Below are positions 29,057-39,341 of a stretch of 64,000 nucleotides of DNA, in pieces; the stretch's first letter is position 1, and each line of letters opens with the position of its first letter. Source of the DNA: Thermoproteota archaeon (lineage in GTDB: Archaea; Thermoproteota; Thermoprotei_A; Sulfolobales; Ignisphaeraceae); NCBI GenBank assembly GCA_030550585.1, contig JAUQPB010000002.1, forward strand, positions 64,001 through 128,000. The letters run 5' to 3'. Position numbers and translations under genes: made by a program. The notes below the pieces were generated by a model that ran no database searches, was not told the origin of the DNA, and was given only the letters and a program-made list of their open reading frames with translations.

Positions 29057-30082
29057 ATGGCACATAGAAAAACAAGCGCTCCTAAGAGAGGCAGTCTCGG
29101 TGTAAGGCCTAGAAAAAGAGCTTCTGAGATTATTCCAAGGGTGAAAAACTGGCCAATAATACAAACAGATACACCAAAACTTCTAGGCTTCTTAGGTTAT
29201 AAAGTTGGAATGACACATGTTATATTAGTGGATGATAGACCAGGGACACCTACGCAAGGCAAAGAAATCTTTGTGCCAGTAACAATTATTGAAACACCAC
29301 AGATGGTTCCAATAGCTATGAGGGTATATGGCATTAATGAATATGGTGGTCTAGGACTTTTAAAGGATGTATGGATAGAACCTCCCAAGGAGATAGAAAT
29401 ATGGAGACGAATACCAACATATAGACCTTCAGCAAATATTAATGAAAGGATAGAGTGGATCAAGAATAACATTTCTTCAATAAAACGAGTGTCTGTCGTT
29501 CTTGCAGCAAATGTTAGATCCGTTGGAGGTTTGAGCAAGAAGGCGCCCGATCTAATAGAGGTTGCCATAGGTGGGGGAGATATAAATCAAAGAGTTTCAT
29601 ATGCAATAGACATAATGGGAAAGAACATCACTGTCGATGCCGTCTTCAGTCCTGGACAATTTATTGATATTATAGGTGTGACAAGGGGTAAGGGGTTCCA
29701 AGGGGTGATTAAGAGATTTGGTGTAAAAGAGTTGCCAAAATGGCACAAACACAGAAAAGGAAGCAGAAGAATTGGAAGTAGAAGTCCAACAATTGGTGCC
29801 ATGTCTGAGGTACCACAAGCTGGTCAAATGGGATTCCACCGTAGGACAGAGTTCAATAAGAGGATTATTGCCATGGGAGATGATGGATATGCTATAACCC
29901 CCGCAGGCGGTTTTCCGCATTATGGTATAGTCAAATCAAAGTGGATAATGATATGGGGTAGCTGTGCAGGCACCCCCAAGAGACCCCTCGTTCTTAGATG
30001 GCCTATAAGACCACCTAAATGGATCCCCTCCGCCCCACCAACAATAGTCTATGTAAGTCTAGAAAGCAAGATCAGGGGTTGA
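29057..30082 (+). CDS. rpl3: 50S ribosomal protein L3
   Basis: APKRGSLGVRPRKRA, GYKVGMTH, GKGFQGVIKR, GQMGFHRRTE. Confidence 0.97.
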   Translation: MAHRKTSAPKRGSLGVRPRKRASEIIPRVKNWPIIQTDTPKLLGFLGYKVGMTHVILVDDRPGTPTQGKEIFVPVTIIETPQMVPIAMRVYGINEYGGLGLLKDVWIEPPKEIEIWRRIPTYRPSANINERIEWIKNNISSIKRVSVVLAANVRSVGGLSKKAPDLIEVAIGGGDINQRVSYAIDIMGKNITVDAVFSPGQFIDIIGVTRGKGFQGVIKRFGVKELPKWHKHRKGSRRIGSRSPTIGAMSEVPQAGQMGFHRRTEFNKRIIAMGDDGYAITPAGGFPHYGIVKSKWIMIWGSCAGTPKRPLVLRWPIRPPKWIPSAPPTIVYVSLESKIRG

Positions 30083-30087
30083 GAGAT

Positions 30088-30906
30088 ATGGTTAACAAAT
30101 TTATAGTTGTATATCCTATTGAAAAGAGATATGGAACTCTACTAGACCTGAATGGAAATGTTGTCGATAGAGTTGAACTTCCTCTGATCTTTAGTTATCC
30201 TATTAGAATAGATCTGATTAGAAGAGCGGTTATATCATCCCTAACAGCAAGACTTCAACCAAAAGGTAGAGACCCCCTAGCTGGCAAAAGAAGAGTTGGA
30301 GAATCATGGGGTATAGGATATAGTGTGGCAAGGGTTCCTCGACTGGATAATGGTAGGGCTGTTTTTGCTCCCAATGTTGTTGGCGGAAGGAGGCAGTTCG
30401 CACCAACAACATTGAGGAGAATTCACGAAGATATAAATAAAAAAGAAATGAAAATTGCAATTATTTCGGCATTATCTGCACTAGCTGATCCTAAATACGT
30501 CTTTTCTAGAGGGTATTCAATTCCTCAACAAATACAGTCACTACCAATAATTGTGGTTAACGAATTTGAGAATATTAGCTCATCTAAAGAGGTTAGAGAG
30601 TATTTAATGAAGACTGGTCTTTGGCAGAATGTCGAAAGAGCGCAAGAAAATACAAAAATCAGAAGTGGAAAAGGAAAGATGAGGGGAAGAAGATACAAGG
30701 AGCCCAAAAGCATATTGTTCATAATTTCATCTATTCAATCTCCAATTGTTAAAGCCATTAGAAATCTGCCAGGAGTAGATTACCTCACTCCAGAAACCTT
30801 AGATATATGCAAGCTTGCACCTGGTGCAATGCCAGGCAGACTTGCTATTATAACACAAAAAGCTTTGGATGCACTTTCAAGGCGCTTTGTGGTGGAGAAG
30901 CCATGA
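30088..30906 (+). CDS. rpl4: 50S ribosomal protein L4
   Basis: ESWGIGYSVARVPR, RSGKGKMRGRRY, LAPGAMPGRL. Confidence 0.96.
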   Translation: MVNKFIVVYPIEKRYGTLLDLNGNVVDRVELPLIFSYPIRIDLIRRAVISSLTARLQPKGRDPLAGKRRVGESWGIGYSVARVPRLDNGRAVFAPNVVGGRRQFAPTTLRRIHEDINKKEMKIAIISALSALADPKYVFSRGYSIPQQIQSLPIIVVNEFENISSSKEVREYLMKTGLWQNVERAQENTKIRSGKGKMRGRRYKEPKSILFIISSIQSPIVKAIRNLPGVDYLTPETLDICKLAPGAMPGRLAIITQKALDALSRRFVVEKP

Positions 30907-31175
30907 GCCAGGACGTTATAAGTAAGAAAAATGTAATTGTAAGTGTTGTTACAACAGAAAAAGCATATCTACTAGCTGAAAAATATAACTACATAACTGT
31001 AAAAGTATATAGAAATGTCAATAAAAAGGAGATAAAAGAGTACATTGAAAAGACACTTAATGTGAGGATAGTGAAGGTAAATACCTTAATTGATAGAGAT
31101 GGTTATAAAAAGGCTTATGTCAAGCTAGCACCAGAGCATAGAGCACTTGACATTATAGAAAGGCTTTCACGATAA
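30903..31175 (+). CDS. rpl23: 50S ribosomal protein L23
   Basis: TEKA, KVNTLI, KKAYVKL; follows L4. Confidence 0.95.
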   Translation: MSQDVISKKNVIVSVVTTEKAYLLAEKYNYITVKVYRNVNKKEIKEYIEKTLNVRIVKVNTLIDRDGYKKAYVKLAPEHRALDIIERLSR

Positions 31176-31188
31176 CATTTATGAGAAA

Positions 31189-31238
31189 ATGATGTAACTG
31201 CCGAGTACTGAAAAATGATGATAGGATCCCCTACCTGA
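31189..31238 (+). ncRNA. Box C/D sRNA
   Basis: ATGATGT-aactgccgagta-CTGA-aaa-ATGATGA-taggatcccctac-CTGA. Confidence 0.85.
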
Positions 31239-31265
31239 ATCATGGTTTTATGAGGTTTCGGATTA

Positions 31266-31538
31266 ATGTCGTCAAAATCTGTAAAAAGAATAAACATGTT
31301 TTTGTTAATCAATGACGAAAATCAATTAGATTTTATCGTAGAAAGACTGAAAAATATTTGCAAGGAATGTACATGTAGCTTTAATGTCCGTCGTAGTAAT
31401 ATCATTGAAAGATTTTATTATATAGCTATAACAATTCATATGAATGTAGAAGAGGTTAAGAAGCATATAGAAGAATTGACAAAAGAAATAGATCCATTTA
31501 TTTCATGGCATAAAATAGAAGTCATAGAAGTTAGATAG
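31266..31538 (+). CDS. Hypothetical protein
   Basis: 90-aa ORF with GAGGT SD. Confidence 0.55.
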   Translation: MSSKSVKRINMFLLINDENQLDFIVERLKNICKECTCSFNVRRSNIIERFYYIAITIHMNVEEVKKHIEELTKEIDPFISWHKIEVIEVR

Positions 31539-31551
31539 CAGATAGAAATTC

Positions 31552-32214
31552 TTAGACAAGAATTGCCAGTCCAAAGGGCGGTATCGATATCAATATGATT
31601 TTTAGAATGCGTGGAACAAGTATTTGACTAGGCTTTGCCAAAGATATTACGGTAAATAGAATCAGATATGCTATTGATGTAAATAGAGTTATGAATCTAA
31701 AGAACAAAACCTCTATGCCTAAGATTATCATCGTTAAACCAATAGTTATAAACAGATCCGGCAACAACTCATTGCAGGTGTTGCTATGCTCCTTCTCTGT
31801 TCTATGCATATTAAAAAATGGTCTTAAAAATTTTAATAATGAAGCAACTATGATGAATAGCATTAGTGTTGATGCGACATCGCCTGTGAAGATAAAGTAT
31901 AGAAACAGCTCTAATAGGAGCTTATGTTGGTTATTATTCTTGAGCACTATTATCACATTTACTGACATTAGTATTGTAGATACGATAAGGAATGCAAATG
32001 TTTTTTGAAGGTGATTTGCGATAATTAAATAGGAGTCTGCGAGGTAACGTTCAATGCTATCGATTTTAAAACCATAAAAGACCATGTATGCGAATATATT
32101 TGAATTTGGATAGCTCAATAACATGGAATAAAGCTGCAGGAGTATAACACCTAGGATTGCTGTATACGCATGGAAGTATATTAATCTAGAATTATTTCCT
32201 TTTCTCATGGCCAA
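31552..32214 (-). CDS. Hypothetical membrane protein
   Basis: Multiple hydrophobic segments. Confidence 0.55.
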   Translation of the reverse strand: MAMRKGNNSRLIYFHAYTAILGVILLQLYSMLLSYPNSNIFAYMVFYGFKIDSIERYLADSYLIIANHLQKTFAFLIVSTILMSVNVIIVLKNNNQHKLLLELFLYFIFTGDVASTLMLFIIVASLLKFLRPFFNMHRTEKEHSNTCNELLPDLFITIGLTMIILGIEVLFFRFITLFTSIAYLILFTVISLAKPSQILVPRILKIILISIPPFGLAILV

Positions 32215-32306
32215 CTCTTAGTGACAGTTAAATCTTTAAACCAAGTGTACTATATATATTGTTCTGCATAACAAGATATAACATGCAATCAAGGTCTCAA
32301 TGAAAT

Positions 32307-35201
32307 ATGAGAAACGACGTAGAGGAGGCAGTTTATTGGTTCTCGCGACTGGGCTTTGCATATCCAACAGATATTCAAAGGAAAACTTTTTCCAAGATTA
32401 TGGAGCACGACAGAGATTTGATGGTAGTTGCCCCTACCGGATCAGGAAAGACAGAAGCTGTTATAGTACCTCTTCTCGTCAAACTCTCTAGAAAAGGCTT
32501 TTTGAGTGGAGGTTCATCTATAACGATTATTTATATTACGCCATTAAGAGCATTGAATAGAGATATTAAATCGAGATTAGAAAATATTTGTGCAGTATTT
32601 GGATGTAGGGTGGATGTGTGGCATGGCGATACATCATATGGGGTTAGAAAAAGAATTGTGAATAGCCCTCCAAATATTCTTCTCACAACACCAGAAAGCT
32701 TTCAAATACTGCTTATAAAAAATGAATTAAGGAAACATTTAGCAAATCTTTATGCCGTTGTCATTGATGAATTACAAGAGATAGCAAATGATGAAAGAGG
32801 TGTAGAGCTTTTCTTATCTCTTGAAAGATTGGATGAAATGTTGAATAGACATATTAGAAGAATAGCATTGTCAGCCTCAATAAACGAATTTGATATAAAT
32901 TACATTGGCAACATAATTTTTTCAAACAGGCCTTTCGATATTGCTTTATCGAAAACACAAAAGATTTATGATGTAAAGGTCGGTCTATCAGATAAGAATT
33001 ATCAAGGTGGGATATTCAGTATAGAAAAGGTGGTTGATAAAATTACTGAAATTGTCGAGTCGATGTCCTTTAGACAAATACTAATATTCACAAATACTAG
33101 GACAGCCGCAGAAGAATTGGGATTTATGCTTAGAATGAATAGGAAACTAAGTGAAAACGTTGTTGGGCTACATCATGGATCTCTATCTAGGATTGAAAGA
33201 GAGTCCATAGAGAGGAATTTTAAGGCTGGTTCCCTAAAACTTGTTGTTGCAACATCTAGTCTTGAACTGGGAATAGACATTGGATCTGTAGACTATGTTA
33301 TACAGTATCTGTCGCCTAGGCAAGTTACAAAGCTTATGCAACGTGTTGGTCGTGCAGGGCATAGAGAAGAGAGCATATCTAGGGGAATAATAGTTACCCC
33401 GCCAATAATTTCGGAAATTATAGAGTCTCTTATTATTGCAAAGAGACTCCAAAGAGGTGACTTGGAACGTATAGAAACGCATTTCAATAGCTTGGATGTT
33501 TTGGCTCACCAGTTTGTTGGTGTAGCTATAGAAAGGAGTTCCATTGATGTGAACGATTTTTTCAGACTTGTAAGAAAATCTCCATTCTTTGAGAATATAA
33601 CGCTAGATGATATAGAGAAAATAGTATCATTTATGAATGAAATAGGTCTTATAAAATGTGTTAATGATGGTTATTCAATGCGTTGCCAGAGTACGAAGAG
33701 AGGCTACATATACTATGTTACAACCAACATGATACCAGATACTACACAATATCTAGCAAAGTCTGTAGTAGACCACAAAGTTGTTGCTTCATTAGATGAA
33801 GATTTCGTAGCAACATGTAATGAGAATGACATCATAGTGCTAGCTGGTAGACCTTGGAAAATTATTAGTGTGGAATTTGATGAGAAAACCGTTTGGTTGG
33901 CTCCATATACAGAACTTTCAGAGATTGTGCTACCTAGATGGGTTGGGGAGAATATTCCAGTTGACAGAAAGGTTTCAAGAGAGGTTTGTTCTTTTCTTAG
34001 GCGTTTTTGCACTTGCAGCGAATCTAGTTGCATAGAACATCTTCTAAACTTATACAATGTAGACAAAGATCTCAAGGAATTCCTATTGGCAAATAGAGAG
34101 ACTATTTGCAGAGTTTATCCAAATGATAGGGTTCTTACAATAGAGCTGCTAAGAATACCTAATGAAAATAAATCTCTTCTAGCCATCTACACATGTTTAG
34201 GCTCGAAAGCTTCAGAAGCTTTCTCAGTACTCATATCAAAAATACTGAGAGAATATCTAAAGATGGGGAATACATATAAATCACATCAGCTCGGTACTGT
34301 AATACTTACCGACTCGCCTATTAGTGCCAATGATATTAAAAGAGTCTTGAACATACTTTTTGATATCCATGAAAAGGGGTTAACAAAGGACTTTATCGTT
34401 GAGGAATTGAAAAAGACCTCTATATTCAAAAGAAACCTTATTAATGTTGCAAGAAAAATGGGAGTAGTGTCAAAGGGTAGTGACATCAAGGAGATAAAAA
34501 GGATAGTCGATAGCTTGATGGTGACATCCATTCTCGTTGAAGAGACCATAAGAGAGTTACTTGTAGAGAAAATTGATATTAAAGAGGTTGAAAAGTTTAT
34601 AGATTCGATTAAGAGAGGCATGAAAATTAAGATAGCCATCGTCAAAAAGCCATCTCCTTTTCTACAGGAGATTACACAACTTGGTTCGTTAAGGTATATA
34701 GTTAGAAGTTCTGCAGTATCAAAAGAGTTGGTATTAGAACTTGCAAAGCGAAGACTTCTAAATAAAAGTGTTAAAGCATTTTGCATGATCTGCAATAAGC
34801 TATTTGAAGTAAATATCAATGAATATTTAAGCAGTGTATGCAAAACTGACAATCCCTTTAAATGCTCTATTTCATGTCCTCATTGCGGCTCTAAGGCCAT
34901 AACAATTGTAGAGAACGATGATGAAATAAATACGTTGAAAAAAGTAATTTCAAAAGCCAAAGGTGTTGCTGAATTGGATAAATTGGATATTGAAGAGCGA
35001 AAGATGCTTGAAAAATCTGCTGAAATGGCCAATATGTTAATGGAATATGGTTTAGCCTTCTTAATAGCGTTACAAGGTATTGGTATTGGAATTGAAAATT
35101 CGAAAAAAGTGTTGTCAAAAGCATTCGATATGAATACGCTCATACAAGGTATCTTGGAATATGAAGAAAGGTTTTTAAGAACAAGGAAATATTGGGACTA
35201 G
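32307..35201 (+). CDS. lhr: Lhr-family SF2 helicase with C-terminal Zn ribbon
   Basis: APTGSGKT, ITPLRALNRD, TTPES, DELQE, HHGSLS, ATSSLELGID, QRVGRAGH and CxxC...CPHCGS. Confidence 0.92.
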   Translation: MRNDVEEAVYWFSRLGFAYPTDIQRKTFSKIMEHDRDLMVVAPTGSGKTEAVIVPLLVKLSRKGFLSGGSSITIIYITPLRALNRDIKSRLENICAVFGCRVDVWHGDTSYGVRKRIVNSPPNILLTTPESFQILLIKNELRKHLANLYAVVIDELQEIANDERGVELFLSLERLDEMLNRHIRRIALSASINEFDINYIGNIIFSNRPFDIALSKTQKIYDVKVGLSDKNYQGGIFSIEKVVDKITEIVESMSFRQILIFTNTRTAAEELGFMLRMNRKLSENVVGLHHGSLSRIERESIERNFKAGSLKLVVATSSLELGIDIGSVDYVIQYLSPRQVTKLMQRVGRAGHREESISRGIIVTPPIISEIIESLIIAKRLQRGDLERIETHFNSLDVLAHQFVGVAIERSSIDVNDFFRLVRKSPFFENITLDDIEKIVSFMNEIGLIKCVNDGYSMRCQSTKRGYIYYVTTNMIPDTTQYLAKSVVDHKVVASLDEDFVATCNENDIIVLAGRPWKIISVEFDEKTVWLAPYTELSEIVLPRWVGENIPVDRKVSREVCSFLRRFCTCSESSCIEHLLNLYNVDKDLKEFLLANRETICRVYPNDRVLTIELLRIPNENKSLLAIYTCLGSKASEAFSVLISKILREYLKMGNTYKSHQLGTVILTDSPISANDIKRVLNILFDIHEKGLTKDFIVEELKKTSIFKRNLINVARKMGVVSKGSDIKEIKRIVDSLMVTSILVEETIRELLVEKIDIKEVEKFIDSIKRGMKIKIAIVKKPSPFLQEITQLGSLRYIVRSSAVSKELVLELAKRRLLNKSVKAFCMICNKLFEVNINEYLSSVCKTDNPFKCSISCPHCGSKAITIVENDDEINTLKKVISKAKGVAELDKLDIEERKMLEKSAEMANMLMEYGLAFLIALQGIGIGIENSKKVLSKAFDMNTLIQGILEYEERFLRTRKYWD

Positions 35202-35259
35202 CCATACTATTTCTCTCGAGAAACACTTTATAAAGTCCCTGAATATAACGGGATAAAAA

Positions 35260-35532
35260 ATGGATATTATAGCATTAATAAAGGATTTAATTAGCAAAAC
35301 CGTTATTGTAGCCTGGCTTTTATTTTTCCTTACATGGTTGATAGGCTGGGCTATAAAAGGAGCTCCAATACCAATGGGAAGGGTTAGAAAAGTTGGACAG
35401 GGACTTATTGAGGATGCTGTATGGGGCGCATTTTGGGTGGCTGTGGGGACAACAATATTCTGGCTTATAACGTATATAGCATCTTATATAGGTAATGCTC
35501 TTCCTCCTCCACCATCACCCCAGCTTCCATGA
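35260..35532 (+). CDS. cedA1: Ced DNA-import pilin CedA1
   Basis: GWAIKGAPIP..VRKVGQGLIEDAVWGAFWVAVGTTIF matches the CedA1 pattern; precedes cedA. Confidence 0.85.
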   Translation: MDIIALIKDLISKTVIVAWLLFFLTWLIGWAIKGAPIPMGRVRKVGQGLIEDAVWGAFWVAVGTTIFWLITYIASYIGNALPPPPSPQLP

Positions 35533-35582
35533 ATATTTTGGAGTTGTTTTAATGTATTCAGCTAAGAGCTTGGGGATGTACA

Positions 35583-36962
35583 TTGTATCTGCTAATAGTA
35601 GCATACTATCTATCAATTCTAACATTTTATATTGGTACGCTTATTTATGCTCTTCCCATACCTTTAACAGGTTTGAAGCGATGGGCTCCAAGGCTGATTA
35701 CAGACGCCTTCTATGTAATGGCGCTATTGTTTAGTTTGTCTTCGATAACTGCGTTGACCAACATTATACAAGGTGTATTAGGTGGAGATTGGAATTTCTT
35801 TTTATCTTACATAAAGGCGGCCATCGCTGGTAGGGCATACATTCTGGTTTCACTAGGTCTTCTCAGAGATTTGCTGGCTAAAACAGTATTCTTGTCGGGT
35901 ATAGCTAGACTCATATCAATGGTTATCAATAGCATTGCGGCTTCGCTCTATATGCTACTAATTATGTATAGCCTATCGGTTTTTGTCAAATACTCTTTTT
36001 GGACTCTATTGTCATTGGGTCTAGCTTTAATGGCAATACCGTTTAGAATATCTCGAGGAGCGGGAGCCTTTCTTATAGCATTTGCATTGGTATTCAACTC
36101 AGCCTTACCATTATACCTACAGTTTGTTAAAACATTGATATTTCCTGCATCTCCTAATATAGGCGAGTTTATTGTATATGGCTCTATAGTTAACATGAAT
36201 GATCAAGTTATTTCACAAGGTTTCATAGGCTTAGAATACAATGGCGAGTACATAGCACCACTACCAGTATATTCCGGGGTTTATGCAATACCAATTGATT
36301 ATAAAGGAAACGTGACTGTATATTTCGATGTGTGTGGTCACATGTTCTATACAAATATAACCAATGTTTCAATATTTAATTTATGCAGAAGCTTAGGCCA
36401 AGGCGCTACACCATTTTTATGCAACTTGAATTTAAAGGTTCTAGGATTGATAGATTATAGAAGGGGTGTTGCTTTACATGCAGCGCCATTTCCGGACCAT
36501 GTAAACGTAACAATCTTCACCGAAAACTATATAGAGGTTTACTTCGTATCCAATCAAAAATTTGATTTATATATTTCTATTGTTGATGCCTACAATGTAA
36601 AATCTTTGAGCCTAGATTCACAAACTATTGAAGATGTTGATAGGTATATAAAGTATAGGTGGCGTTGGTTTGATTTATTTGGAAAGACATATGTAATAAG
36701 TATTCCTGAGGGATTACACAAGGTAGTAATAAACTTAGAACAGAGTGGATATGAGAAGTTCGAGCCAAGCGAAGGACAGATATACATTGCTCAATCTATG
36801 ATAATGAATTATGGCAATCTTCCAGGAATTTTTGATGAGCTTATCCGTATTATATACGCGGATATCATTGGTGCAGCTCTCTACATATCATTGCTTACAT
36901 CGATTTCAATAGGATTGGCTAGGGTAATAGGTGGGGCAGCTAAGCTAAGGATGATAATATGA
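35583..36962 (+). CDS. cedA: Ced DNA-import membrane protein CedA
   Basis: FYIGTLIYALPIP..GLKRWAPRLITD and LMAIPFRISRGAGAFLIAF; C-terminal TM helix. Confidence 0.85.
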   Translation: MYLLIVAYYLSILTFYIGTLIYALPIPLTGLKRWAPRLITDAFYVMALLFSLSSITALTNIIQGVLGGDWNFFLSYIKAAIAGRAYILVSLGLLRDLLAKTVFLSGIARLISMVINSIAASLYMLLIMYSLSVFVKYSFWTLLSLGLALMAIPFRISRGAGAFLIAFALVFNSALPLYLQFVKTLIFPASPNIGEFIVYGSIVNMNDQVISQGFIGLEYNGEYIAPLPVYSGVYAIPIDYKGNVTVYFDVCGHMFYTNITNVSIFNLCRSLGQGATPFLCNLNLKVLGLIDYRRGVALHAAPFPDHVNVTIFTENYIEVYFVSNQKFDLYISIVDAYNVKSLSLDSQTIEDVDRYIKYRWRWFDLFGKTYVISIPEGLHKVVINLEQSGYEKFEPSEGQIYIAQSMIMNYGNLPGIFDELIRIIYADIIGAALYISLLTSISIGLARVIGGAAKLRMII

Positions 36963-37153
36963 GGATGTGTATTGAAAGTAGTTTGTCAAGAAAAATACTA
37001 ATATTTAACATCTTAGCCATATTTACACTATTTATATTAATGCTCGAATCTGATTTACTGTTATCAGATATTTTGGGCGTTTTCATGGTTATAACCATTC
37101 TCATTTCGGTTACATTATTATCTGTAGTATTGAAGCGTTGCGATATTGCCTAG
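36959..37153 (+). CDS. Small 2-TM protein (CedA2-like by position)
   Basis: 64 aa, two hydrophobic helices, ATGA overlap with cedA. Confidence 0.5.
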   Translation: MRMCIESSLSRKILIFNILAIFTLFILMLESDLLLSDILGVFMVITILISVTLLSVVLKRCDIA

Positions 37154-37301
37154 GATAAATCAATGCTTAAGATATGTAGTGTTAAATTGATAAGCTTTAC
37201 ACACTCTATTATAATTTATCATCATATGCTGTTTCATTATGAAAGCTTTTAATATGTCAAGCATCTGAATAAATTTGTTGCACCTTAATGAGGGTGCATA
37301 A

Positions 37302-37577
37302 ATGGAGGAGGAAATAGTCTCGTCAGAAACTCAAGAAGAAAGAGAATCAGTCGAAGAAGAGTCTAGCGAAATATATTCTGAAGGTGAAGAGGTGGAATAT
37401 GTAGCGTTCTCACCTCAAGAACTAGAGATTTTTATTCTTCGCTCAGAAACATGGGATAAGCTAGCTAGGGGAGAGATTGCATTAGAAGATGCAAAAAAGA
37501 TTATAGATGAGATTATGCAACAATCTCAAACGCAAGTTGAAGCGACTAAGAGGCGGGGTAGAAGAAAAAGAAAATGA
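37302..37577 (+). CDS. rpo13: RNA polymerase subunit Rpo13
   Basis: Acidic N-terminus, core SPQELEIFILRSETWDKLARGEIALEDAKK resembling Sulfolobus Rpo13, and a basic tail. Confidence 0.8.
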   Translation: MEEEIVSSETQEERESVEEESSEIYSEGEEVEYVAFSPQELEIFILRSETWDKLARGEIALEDAKKIIDEIMQQSQTQVEATKRRGRRKRK

Positions 37578-37719
37578 TGGAATCAATTACTTAATTATTT
37601 AAGCATTATAATACAATAACGTGTGGCATACAAAGTTACATCAGATTTTTAATTGACATTGCAAGTGGTATAGCAACTTGTTGCATAACTTCATGTTTAC
37701 AGAATTAAGAATAATAGAG

Positions 37720-38088
37720 TCAGCATTCGTCATATTCATAGCCAAGGTTATTCAAAGCATCTTTAATGGTTTCTCTGCTTACAGATCTGTCAAAAACTAT
37801 TACAACCAGTTTGTTGTTGTCTTTTTTAATAAGCTTTACTTTGTCTACTAGTACATTTCCTTTTAATAGTTCGCTAACATTCTTTCTAGGTGTTAGAAAG
37901 TCCTTAAACTTTTTCTGCATAACATTGTAGAAGGTGTCAAAGTGCTGTATCATCCTTATAGCATCTTCCACATCTTCTCCTCCTTTACCAAGCACATCTC
38001 TAAGTTTATTGAGCAGTTCTGGTGCTTTGTTTGCATCAACTTCTAATGCTGTGTATCCGCCAAGTATTGTAAAGACTCTGGGTTTCAT
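37720..38088 (-). CDS. Hypothetical protein
   Basis: 122-aa coding-like ORF divergent from PCNA. Confidence 0.65.
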   Translation of the reverse strand: MKPRVFTILGGYTALEVDANKAPELLNKLRDVLGKGGEDVEDAIRMIQHFDTFYNVMQKKFKDFLTPRKNVSELLKGNVLVDKVKLIKKDNNKLVVIVFDRSVSRETIKDALNNLGYEYDEC

Positions 38089-38163
38089 ATGTAATCGCCT
38101 TGGACTCTTAGACCGATAATTTTATAGATTTGAAAAGATAAAATTTTTGTTTGAGGTAGCACC

Positions 38164-38925
38164 ATGAGTGCAAGAATTACATATCCTGTGGGAGCAGTAA
38201 TAAAGAATGTGGCACAGGCTTTGAAGGGTGTTGTTGATCAAATACCTATTGTGATGTCCTTGGATCAGTTCTCTATTGAGGCGCTTTCCCCTGATAAGGT
38301 GTCTATGATCATATTTTCAATTCCGTCATCGGCATTTGAAGAGTATAGCGTTAGCGAGGAGATAAAAATTGTTGCTGATAGAGATGAGTTTGTCAAATCA
38401 CTAAGAAGAGCTACAAAAAGAGATAAGGTATCATTTGAGTATGTAGCTGGTAGCAGAGAACTAAAGGTTAAGGTTTTTAATGTTAGAAGTAACTTGGAAA
38501 GAGAGTACGTAGTTCCTCTGTCTGAGATCAATTTTGAGAGGATAGGATCGCTAAATGTTGAACTTGAGGTGTCAGCAAATCTTCCAGCCGATGAGCTGGT
38601 ATCCGTTATAAAGGATGTTAGTATTTTGGGTGAGGAAGTATCGTTTATATACTCTTCAGAACTAAATGGGATAAAGGTTGCAGCCCACGGTGATCTAGGG
38701 TCGTATGAAACTATATTGAAGCAGTTTCAACCATTAACATACCTAGAATCTTCTGTGGGTAGTAGCATTGCGAGGTATAGTGTTGAGCATCTAAAGGCTG
38801 TTGCAAAGCTTCTTAATCTTGCAGAGGAATGCAGTATTGCATTTGGAGCAGACAAACCCTTGAAGATCGCTTTTGAAATAACTGGTGGAGGTAGGGTAGA
38901 GGTCTGGATAGCACCTAGAGCATGA
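38164..38925 (+). CDS. pcn: DNA polymerase sliding clamp PCNA paralogue
   Basis: ALSPDKVSMI, FEEY, ARYSVEHL and GRVEVWIAPR. Confidence 0.93.
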   Translation: MSARITYPVGAVIKNVAQALKGVVDQIPIVMSLDQFSIEALSPDKVSMIIFSIPSSAFEEYSVSEEIKIVADRDEFVKSLRRATKRDKVSFEYVAGSRELKVKVFNVRSNLEREYVVPLSEINFERIGSLNVELEVSANLPADELVSVIKDVSILGEEVSFIYSSELNGIKVAAHGDLGSYETILKQFQPLTYLESSVGSSIARYSVEHLKAVAKLLNLAEECSIAFGADKPLKIAFEITGGGRVEVWIAPRA

Positions 38926-39281
38926 TTAATGGTGACTCGATGTACGCTGATGTTGTAAGGGTCGATTCAAAGGGTAGGATAACAATACCATCTACTTTAA
39001 GGTTGTTGCTAAATATTGAAGAAGGGGATCAGCTAGTTCTATTATTTGATGAAAGTACCCAAAAAATTGAAATACTAGGCCCCGGAACCGACAACCCAGT
39101 TGTATGCATAACCGCAAATCCCTTAGAGAATGTACTAGATATTATATCAAATATAGGAAATGATTTGATAGCGGTTACATGCAGACGTATAGACGAAGAA
39201 CGCGGAGAGTATAAATGTAAGATTGTACTCAATAAAAAAGCTCTCGAATTAGGAAAGGCAAAGGGTTTAAAATGTCTATAA
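38922..39281 (+). CDS. AbrB/SpoVT-family DNA-binding protein
   Basis: VRVDSKGRITIP..LR..LNIEEGD. Confidence 0.88.
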   Translation: MINGDSMYADVVRVDSKGRITIPSTLRLLLNIEEGDQLVLLFDESTQKIEILGPGTDNPVVCITANPLENVLDIISNIGNDLIAVTCRRIDEERGEYKCKIVLNKKALELGKAKGLKCL

Positions 39282-39341
39282 ACCAAGGCACTCATTTAAG
39301 CGCATTATTTATATTTTGTGTAAAAGCACCTAATCATATTA

